Assembly (NCBI GenBank): GCA_964521355.1
Contig: CAZFRJ010000001.1
Location: forward strand, 1 to 31,348
Length of the DNA: 31,348 nucleotides
Direction of reading: 5' to 3'
Source: an uncultured Candidatus Bathyarchaeia archaeon
Lineage (GTDB): Archaea > Thermoproteota > Bathyarchaeia > 40CM-2-53-6 > JALHTG01
Made by a program: the position numbers and the translations under genes
Shown: one piece after another, positions 24,785-31,348 of the stretch
Position numbering within the stretch: the stretch's first letter is position 1
How the letters are laid out: each line of letters starts with the position of its first letter
Notes under the pieces: generated by a model
The model's input: the letters and a program-made list of their open reading frames with translations, nothing else
Told to the model about the DNA's origin: nothing
Databases searched by the model: none

Positions 24785-26629
24785 TCAGTCCTTGGAATTC
24801 GCCCCTCGTGCTCCTTGGGCTATCGCTTCCTCCGGTTCTCTGAACTGCATCTGGTATAGTCTTGCGTAGAGACCCTTTTTCGCAATCAATTGGTCATGTG
24901 TTCCTTCTTCGACTATTCTCCCTTCGTTCAAGACTATTATTCGGTCAGCGTTCCTTACGGTGGATAGTCGATGTGCGATTATGAGCGAAGTCCGGTTCTT
25001 CAGAAGCTTCTCGAGGGCTCGTCTAATCAGCAGCTCAGTGTAGGGGTCGACGCTTGATGTGGCTTCGTCCATTATGAGGATTCGAGGATCAGCTAAGAGC
25101 GCTCTCGCGAAGGAGATGAGTTGCCTCTGCCCGATCGATAGATTGGTGGCACCTTCTCGAATAATTGTGTCGTATCCTTCAGGTAGCCTTTCAATGAAGT
25201 CGTGGGCCCCAACAGCTTTCGCCGCTTGAATGACCGTGTTGTCTGAAGCCTCAGGCCTCGAATAGCGTATGTTTTCCTTTACTGATCCTGCGAAGAGAAA
25301 CGGCTCTTGGAGGACGAGTCCGATCTGTCTATGGAGCGATTGAAGCTTCACGTTTCGAAGGTCGTATCCGTCAACTCTGATCGATCCCGAGGTGGGATCG
25401 TAGAACCGACAGACGAGATTTATGAGAGTGGTCTTGCCTGCGCCAGTCGGGCCGACGATGGCTAGGTTTTCATTGGATGCGATTCTCAGGCTTATGTTGT
25501 TCAACACTGGGAATCTTAGATCGTAACCGAAAGAAACATCCTCGAAACCTATCTCTCCTCTGAGCGTTCCGAGTTCAATCGCGTCACTCTTCTCTGCAAT
25601 GTCCATGGGGGCGTCAATTAGTTCGAACATTCTCTCGGCGCCGGCCATGGCGGACTGGAAGTTTGTGTAGAATACGCTCAGTTGCAGGAGCGGCCGGAAG
25701 AACATTGTCAGGTAGGACATGAAGGCCACGATCGTGCCTATGGTGATCGTGCCTAAGGCAGCCTGAAGCCCACCGTACCAGAGCACGACGCACGTTCCAA
25801 CAGCAGAGATCAATTCGACGCTTGCTGGGAATACTGCGAACAGTCTTGCCGCCGTAAGGTTTGCCTGAAGGTTTTCAATGTTAACTTGGCCGAATGCATG
25901 CTGTTGATCCGATTCACGTGTGAAGGACTGTATGACGCGCATCCCCATAATGCTCTCCGCAAGCTTTGCTGTCACGCCCGCCATCTTCTGCTTGGTCGCT
26001 AGGTATGCGCTCTTTGCCTTCCTCTGGAAGCCGTAGATGAGCGCCAGAAGCATGGGCACTATGATCATTGAGACAGCGGTCAGTTGCAGGCTCATCCACG
26101 CCATTATTATGAAGATTCCGATGATGGTGACGACATCACTTATCACTGTGAGGATTCCGGAAGTCAACAATTCTTGAAGTGAATCCACATCATTCGTCAC
26201 CCGCGACACGATGCTGCCGGTCACGTTTTCCGAGTAGAACTTTAACGAAAGCCTCTGAAGACGGTAAAACATTTCCTCTCTAAGTTTGTAGATGATTCTC
26301 TGTCCTATGGCGGACATTAGGTATAGCTGCCTGTGGCTTGAGAAGAAGTTCACAAGGTTGATTGCCACGTATGCGAGTACGATGTTTGCCAGACCCGCTA
26401 GGTCGCTTGTCGTGATGTATCTATCGATCGCGACTTTTAGAATGTAGGGACCTGCCAGATTCGTTGCCGCTGTGATCAAGAGAAAAACGATGCTGGCGAT
26501 GAGTGGCGTCTTGAACGGAAGGGCATATGCACTCAATCTTCTCAGTAGGACTGTGTCAGGGACCTTTCTCTCTGCCTTCTCTTCTCCCAGAAAATCAGTG
26601 ATGTGCCAGTGGGCCATTTTTCTACTCAC
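24785..26629 (-). CDS. Type IV ABC exporter subunit (TMD+NBD), catalytically competent Walker B (TM288/TmrA-like)
   Basis: TMD; GPTGAGKT; signature LSIGQRQ; ILIMDEATSSVD; IAHRLS. Confidence 0.95.
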   Translation of the reverse strand: MSRKMAHWHITDFLGEEKAERKVPDTVLLRRLSAYALPFKTPLIASIVFLLITAATNLAGPYILKVAIDRYITTSDLAGLANIVLAYVAINLVNFFSSHRQLYLMSAIGQRIIYKLREEMFYRLQRLSLKFYSENVTGSIVSRVTNDVDSLQELLTSGILTVISDVVTIIGIFIIMAWMSLQLTAVSMIIVPMLLALIYGFQRKAKSAYLATKQKMAGVTAKLAESIMGMRVIQSFTRESDQQHAFGQVNIENLQANLTAARLFAVFPASVELISAVGTCVVLWYGGLQAALGTITIGTIVAFMSYLTMFFRPLLQLSVFYTNFQSAMAGAERMFELIDAPMDIAEKSDAIELGTLRGEIGFEDVSFGYDLRFPVLNNISLRIASNENLAIVGPTGAGKTTLINLVCRFYDPTSGSIRVDGYDLRNVKLQSLHRQIGLVLQEPFLFAGSVKENIRYSRPEASDNTVIQAAKAVGAHDFIERLPEGYDTIIREGATNLSIGQRQLISFARALLADPRILIMDEATSSVDPYTELLIRRALEKLLKNRTSLIIAHRLSTVRNADRIIVLNEGRIVEEGTHDQLIAKKGLYARLYQMQFREPEEAIAQGARGANSKD

Positions 26630-28538
26630 TCCTTCGCTGTACAGCCTGAGCCTCTAAGAGTTCTTCTTGCTCTTTGAACTGTGTTCGGTAGATCTTTGCG
26701 TAGATCCCGTCCTTTGCAAGTAGCTCTTCATGGCTTCCTTCTTCGGCGATTCTTCCGTTCTCGAAGACCACGATTCTTGATGCGTTCTTTATTGTTGAGA
26801 CTCTTTGTGTGATTATGAACGTTGTACGGTTCTTCAGTAGGATCTGTAGCGCTTGCTGGATTTCGTGCTCTGTTTCAACATCTACGCTTGAGGTTGAGTC
26901 GTCGAAGATTAGTATGCGTGGGTTCAGGAGGAGGGCCCGTGCTATCGCGATTCTTTGGCGTTGGCCTCCTGAAAGGGTGATTCCTCTCTCTCCCACTGGG
27001 GTGTCGTACTTGTCTGGGAATGACATTATGAAGTCGTGTGCGCCGGCGATCTTGGCTACGCGTTCGATCTCCTCGGTCTTCGCGTCCGGTCTGCCGTAGG
27101 CTATGTTTTCTCTTATCGAGGCGGAGAACAGGAAGGTTTCTTGGAGAACTATTCCGATCTGTTGTCTCAGAGACTTGAGTTTCACGTCTCTTAGGTCGTA
27201 TTCATCTACTGTTATGCTTCCCTCGGTTACGTCGTAGAACCTTGGGATCAGATGTATCAGAGAACTCTTACCCGATCCAGTTGCTCCTAGAAGTGCAACG
27301 GTTTCGCCTGCCTTTGCTGCCAAGTTGATCCTGTCAAGGACTTTCTTACCGGGGGCGTATTCAAAGGAGACATCTTTGAACGCGATCTCCTTCTGCATTG
27401 GCGGAAGTTCGACTGCGTTGGGTTTCTCTTCAACCTCGGGTTTGGCGTCCATTACCTCGAAGATTCTTTCTGCGCCGGTGATTGCCTGTTGATAGAACGT
27501 TATGAGGAACCCGATGAATCGAACGGGCATGACCAACATTGCTAGGTAGGCGGCTGAGGCTACGAGGGAGCCTACAGTCATATTGCCTTGAATGACCTCT
27601 GCTCCTCCGTACCAATAGACAAGAACCGTTCCTAGGCTCAAAGTGAAGGCCATGAAGGGCATGAACATGGAGCGGTACCGCCAGATCTCAAGGTTTGTCT
27701 TTAGGTACTTGCTGTGTGGAAAGGCGAACTTCCTTGTTTCATGCTCTTCTTGGGCGAAGGCTCTGACGACCTTAGTTCCAACAATCGTCTGTTGAATGAC
27801 TGAGGTCATGTCGCCGAAGATCTCTCTCACTAATGCGAAGCGCGGCCTAATTCTCCTAGAGAAATTGTAGGCTGCGAGAAGGACAAGCGGCACTGTTACG
27901 AGATACAGAAGCGTCAATCGTAGGTCGATCGTGGATATTACAAAGATAACGCTTCCAACGGTCAGAATTGACGCCACGAGTGTCTCCAGCCACCAAGCGA
28001 GAAGTGCCCTCACCTGCTCAACGTCGCTCGTGACCTTCGACATGAGTTGCCCGGTTTGAGCTTGATCGTAGAAGCTGAAAGATTTCTCTTCTAGCGACTT
28101 GAACAAGTTGTTTCTTAGGTCAAACACGACTTTTTGGCCAATGTACTGCTGGCTGTATCTTTGTGTGAATGACACGATCGATCTGAGAGCTGCCACCACG
28201 ATTATGGAGAGTGAAAGCCATGGAAGCTGATCGTACAGGTTTCGAACTAAGACCTTGTCCACTACTTCTCTAATTATGAGTGGGACAATGACGTTGAGAT
28301 AGGTGACGGCTACAACGCAAGACATGGCTAGAGTCACTGCAGGCCAGTACTTTGCCATATACATCAGGAGTCGAGGAAACGTGCCTGATCCACGACGTTT
28401 CAGGTGGACGGACGGCTTCTGCAGGGTAATGCCAACGCTTCTTCTGCAGGAGTCGCAGAATTTGGCATGTGGCGTCAGCCGACTGCCGCACTGGTCACAA
28501 TACCTCGCCAAATCCTCAGATCCTCGCTGCTGACGCAT
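26622..28538 (-). CDS. Type IV ABC exporter subunit (TMD+NBD), degenerate Walker B/switch (TM287/TmrB-like), with N-terminal Zn ribbon
   Basis: CDQCG..AKFCDSC at the N-terminus; TMD; GATGSGKS; LSGGQRQ; ILIFDDSTSSVD; ITQRVS. Confidence 0.95.
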   Translation of the reverse strand: MRQQRGSEDLARYCDQCGSRLTPHAKFCDSCRRSVGITLQKPSVHLKRRGSGTFPRLLMYMAKYWPAVTLAMSCVVAVTYLNVIVPLIIREVVDKVLVRNLYDQLPWLSLSIIVVAALRSIVSFTQRYSQQYIGQKVVFDLRNNLFKSLEEKSFSFYDQAQTGQLMSKVTSDVEQVRALLAWWLETLVASILTVGSVIFVISTIDLRLTLLYLVTVPLVLLAAYNFSRRIRPRFALVREIFGDMTSVIQQTIVGTKVVRAFAQEEHETRKFAFPHSKYLKTNLEIWRYRSMFMPFMAFTLSLGTVLVYWYGGAEVIQGNMTVGSLVASAAYLAMLVMPVRFIGFLITFYQQAITGAERIFEVMDAKPEVEEKPNAVELPPMQKEIAFKDVSFEYAPGKKVLDRINLAAKAGETVALLGATGSGKSSLIHLIPRFYDVTEGSITVDEYDLRDVKLKSLRQQIGIVLQETFLFSASIRENIAYGRPDAKTEEIERVAKIAGAHDFIMSFPDKYDTPVGERGITLSGGQRQRIAIARALLLNPRILIFDDSTSSVDVETEHEIQQALQILLKNRTTFIITQRVSTIKNASRIVVFENGRIAEEGSHEELLAKDGIYAKIYRTQFKEQEELLEAQAVQRRSE

Positions 28539-28739
28539 GCATTATCTTCCTGTCGGTAGCTTTCTGATGCCAACCGTTTGTCGAGTTCTTTTGTACGGTC
28601 TGATAGGAGAATGAGGACTGTGGGATAAGGGTTATCTACGGCTGTTTGGTGGCGGCTGGCATGGCCATTAGGCATAAGGCTATCTGATTTCCATCTGATT
28701 ATGGCAAAAGACGCGAGTTAGCTATGTAGGCGACTGCGC

Positions 28740-29285
28740 ATGGAGAAAGTCTTCAAGGAGTTTCACACAGAGGACGGACGAAGGGTGGTTCTTCGGACTC
28801 CGAGAATGAGCGATCTGGACGATCTTCTGGAATTCATCAATTCCCTTGTCGACGAGGGAGCGGAGATACTGATGGAGCAAAGAGTGACCCGTGAGGCTGA
28901 GGCCGATTGGCTTGGAAGGATGCTGGCAGATATGGAGAAAGATCTCGTGATCTGCGTAGCTGGAGAGGTTGATGGCAAAGTTGTTGCAAACTCAGAGGTT
29001 CGCAAGGGAGCAGGAAAGAGGAGCCATATGGGAACCTTGGGGATCGCCATTAGGGATGGCTATCGTGATGTTGGAATTGGAACCGAAATGATGCGAGCCC
29101 TGATCGAGGAATCGAGGAGAGCCGGGCTGAGGCTTCTTCGGTTGACTGTGTTCGATTCGAACCTGCGGGCCAGACGTGTCTATGAGAAGGTTGGCTTTCG
29201 AGAGGTTGGAAAGATGCCCAAGGCCATACGCCAAGGAGACGAGTATGTGGACGAAGTAAGTATGGCCTTGCCACTGCAATCATAG
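28740..29285 (+). CDS. GNAT-family N-acetyltransferase (RimJ/RimL- or YhhY-like)
   Basis: VVLRTPRMSD, GTLGIAIRDGYRDVGIGT, LTVFDSNLRARRVYEKVGFREVG. Confidence 0.92.
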   Translation: MEKVFKEFHTEDGRRVVLRTPRMSDLDDLLEFINSLVDEGAEILMEQRVTREAEADWLGRMLADMEKDLVICVAGEVDGKVVANSEVRKGAGKRSHMGTLGIAIRDGYRDVGIGTEMMRALIEESRRAGLRLLRLTVFDSNLRARRVYEKVGFREVGKMPKAIRQGDEYVDEVSMALPLQS

Positions 29286-29439
29286 ATAGCATACAATGTG
29301 GCTTCCGTTTCACGCTGACCGTCATGATGCGCCCTCCTCAAAGCCGCTCCTCCCGCAAGAGCCCGGCACAGTAGCCAGAGAAATCAAAAATGTCAAAAGA
29401 TGTTGTCTACTCAGACTTGATCATTGTGAGCGGGGGCAT

Positions 29440-29883
29440 ATGGAGCGAGCCGCAAAAGTCAGAACAGAGAGCGACTCTAACAAGTTGTTTCGAGCGGTTT
29501 TAGGAAATCAGGGACTGAACGCGCAAGAGCTGGCAAGTAAGATAGGCTGGAACCGCACTAAGACCAACAGAATGCTGGGCACCCTGGAAAGGAAGGGTTG
29601 GGTTGTCAGAAGGGTCTTTCCTGCAGCTCAGCCGAGAATAGCTGTGGAGCCAGACGCCGCTGTGAAGCGTTTGAGTAGCCAATTCGTGAGGCTGGCCGCG
29701 TGGAAGGCAAGGCTGCAGAGAAGAGAGAAGGAGCTCTTCGAGAAATGTGTCTCAGCGCAGATGGAGGGCGACTCCGTGAAGGCAACAATGTACGCCAACC
29801 AGTGCGCGGAGATAAGGAAAATCATCGGGCTTGTGACTAGGACTGAGCTTACGCTGTCAAGGTTGAGCACTCCCGCGATCTAG
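29440..29883 (+). CDS. Winged-helix (TrmB/MarR-like) domain fused to a truncated CdvB/ESCRT-III (Snf7) helical hairpin
   Basis: ATG at 29440 after GGGGG. Residues ~13-58 LFRAVLGNQGLNAQELASKIGWNRTKTNRMLGTLERKGWV (wHTH); residues ~75-142 ARLQRREKELFEKCVSAQMEGDSVKATMYANQCAEIRKI resemble CdvB alpha1-alpha2. Confidence 0.75.
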   Translation: MERAAKVRTESDSNKLFRAVLGNQGLNAQELASKIGWNRTKTNRMLGTLERKGWVVRRVFPAAQPRIAVEPDAAVKRLSSQFVRLAAWKARLQRREKELFEKCVSAQMEGDSVKATMYANQCAEIRKIIGLVTRTELTLSRLSTPAI

Positions 29884-29894
29884 CCTATTGGTCA

Positions 29895-29908
29895 GGGTGG
29901 GCCCACCC
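29895..29908. repeat. Perfect 14-bp palindrome GGGTGGGCCCACCC in a convergent gap (possible terminator hairpin)
   Basis: Read directly; 11 nt after the wHTH-CdvB stop. Confidence 0.5.
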
Positions 29909-29996
29909 CCCTAGGGCTTTAGCACATATCACGGTGAGAATTGTGTGGGAATTGCCTCTTTGACATGTTTCAGAGGGCTCAGGTTCTCTCCTTCTC

Positions 29997-30638
29997 CTAC
30001 AGCCACGATTTGGCGTTTTCACATGATGCTGTGAGGTGTGCCCTGGCCTCGTATCTGACCGGCTCCATATGCCCTGGAAGAATAAAGTCAACCTCAAGTC
30101 TCGCTAAACGTTCCAGAGATTCTATCAGCTTGTAGCTTTCTCCACCCGGGAGATCCGTGCGGCCGAACCCACCTTCGGGGAACACGGTGTCGCCTGAGAA
30201 AAGTATCTTGTCTTTTGGGTCGTATAGGCAGATGGCTCCGGGCGAGTGGCCTGCAGTGTGAATTACCTTGAATGTTCGCCCACCGGCGACGATGGAGTCT
30301 CCGTCGTGGAGCTTTGAAACGGCGAGGCCGAAGGTCTCGATGCTTGTGGCTTCGTCTTCATGCAAGAGAACTACTGGCGAAGACGTACCGGCTAGTTCCT
30401 CTAGGCCGCCTGTGTGATCTGGATGTGTGTGCGTTAGGATGACTTGCTTCACTCTCTTCGGATCCAAGTCCAGGGTTTTGAGTTTCGGGACCAAGGTGTT
30501 TATCCGATCGCCTGCGCCGGTATCGATGATGGTTACTTCTTCAGTTCCTAAGGTGTAGACGTTTGAGCTTAGGCCGATTCCTTCTATGAAGCATATTTCG
30601 GTGAGGTGTGGGCTATAGATCTCAAGCTTCACGATCAT
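29997..30638 (-). CDS. Metallo-beta-lactamase-fold hydrolase (glyoxalase II-like)
   Basis: SNVY, IIDTG, THTHPDHTGG, HTAGHSPG, FSGDTVF, GRTDLPGG, PGH. Confidence 0.93.
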   Translation of the reverse strand: MIVKLEIYSPHLTEICFIEGIGLSSNVYTLGTEEVTIIDTGAGDRINTLVPKLKTLDLDPKRVKQVILTHTHPDHTGGLEELAGTSSPVVLLHEDEATSIETFGLAVSKLHDGDSIVAGGRTFKVIHTAGHSPGAICLYDPKDKILFSGDTVFPEGGFGRTDLPGGESYKLIESLERLARLEVDFILPGHMEPVRYEARAHLTASCENAKSWL

Positions 30639-30698
30639 GACGGAACTCCTTCGCTAACGGTGACTCTGCAATTCCTGAACTGCTCCAACAGAGGCAGA

Positions 30699-31154
30699 CT
30701 AGAGCGGTCTACTCATTAGGATCATGTGGTCGATGAAGCCCGTCTTTCTGTAGAGGCTTATCGCGGGCGCGTTGTCGACCAAGACGTTCACTCTTACCTC
30801 TTCCACGCCTAAGGATTTGAGGTATTGGAGGCATCTTTCGAGTAGCTTGCTGGCTATTCCTCGCCCCCTATGCTCTTCTTCGACATAGAGGTCGGTGATC
30901 ATTGCTCGGGAACGCTTGAGCTTGAGCATGGACCTCGCCTGCTTCATGAACATGAGGAAGCCCACAATCCTTCCGTTGATCTCGTAGGCTAGGACCTGAT
31001 TCTCATCTTCCTTGCTTAGTCCTTCAAGGAACTCTCGGAATCGTGTCAGGTTCTCGTCGTCTATTATCAATGTTTGATCTGATGCAAGCCTTCTCCAGAG
31101 CTGTACAACTTCATCAACTTCAGTGAGTTTCATCGGGCGAACGGTTAAGTTCAT
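30699..31154 (-). CDS. GNAT-family N-acetyltransferase
   Basis: ITDLYVEEEHRGRGIASKLL, VLVDNAPAISLYRKTGF. Confidence 0.92.
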   Translation of the reverse strand: MNLTVRPMKLTEVDEVVQLWRRLASDQTLIIDDENLTRFREFLEGLSKEDENQVLAYEINGRIVGFLMFMKQARSMLKLKRSRAMITDLYVEEEHRGRGIASKLLERCLQYLKSLGVEEVRVNVLVDNAPAISLYRKTGFIDHMILMSRPL

Positions 31155-31216
31155 GGAATCTTCAGGGCGATTTCATATGCGACGGAGCTAATATGCGTGC
31201 ACCACGTAAAAGGATC

Positions 31217-31237
31217 GGGTGTAATACACCCTTTTTT
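31217..31237. promoter_or_regulatory. Inverted repeat GGGTGT-AAT-ACACCC followed by T6 (operator or terminator)
   Basis: Read directly; lies upstream of the minus-strand GNAT and next to a TTTAAG box. Confidence 0.4.
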
Positions 31238-31348
31238 CTTTAAGATCTAGTTGTTGGGAGAATACAGCGCAGAATCAATGGTCGGATTCTCCTACAATGG
31301 GCAGAAGGGCTGCTGAGTTGAGCAAGAACAAAGAGATCGATTTCCTGA

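Noticed and set aside
28475-28675. 66-aa minus-strand ORF upstream of the ABC operon
   Set aside because: No motif, it overlaps the ABC start in another frame, and it spans the likely promoter region.
29296-29439. 48-aa N-terminal extension of the wHTH-CdvB ORF
   Set aside because: The sequence is low-complexity and non-homologous-looking; ATG 29440 has a G-rich SD and directly precedes the wHTH. The longer start is not strictly excluded.
31297-31348. Possible start of a plus-strand gene (MGRRAAELSKNKEIDFL...)
   Set aside because: Only 17 codons are visible at the window edge; it cannot be supported.
1-31348. CRISPR arrays, IS elements, integrases, inteins, rRNA
   Set aside because: No regularly spaced repeats, transposase or integrase motifs, intein-sized insertions or rRNA-like tracts were seen; nearly all sequence is assigned to recognisable CDSs.

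Overview
This is an archaeal chromosome segment (~50% GC, TATA-box promoters, many TTG/GTG starts). Gene content and sequence style suggest a TACK archaeon, most plausibly Bathyarchaeia (inference). Left third, core genes: 3'-truncated ppsA, rpl10e, trmJ-like, ksgA, DUF655, rpoF, rpl21e, srp54, a PAC2 chaperone plus Hsp20, deoxyhypusine synthase plus eIF5A, NAD kinase-Nob1-GfcR-like, NSUN6-like m5C methyltransferase and a YfcE-type phosphoesterase. Middle: a tightly overlapping 9-gene minus-strand operon, korDABC-hdrA-mvhDGA-hycI, with no hdrB/hdrC in the window. Right third, accessory genes: moaE, a TlpA-like thioredoxin with a PEF(G)-CTERM tail, two UspA, a stand-alone PAS domain, a heterodimeric ABC exporter (one subunit with an N-terminal Zn ribbon), two GNATs and an MBL hydrolase. 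The most striking gene is a ~147-aa protein fusing a TrmB/MarR-like winged-helix domain to a truncated CdvB/ESCRT-III helical hairpin. Two genes (hycI, srp54) appear to start at CTG. No tRNA, rRNA, CRISPR array or IS element was recognised. All family assignments are by motif recognition, without database searches.
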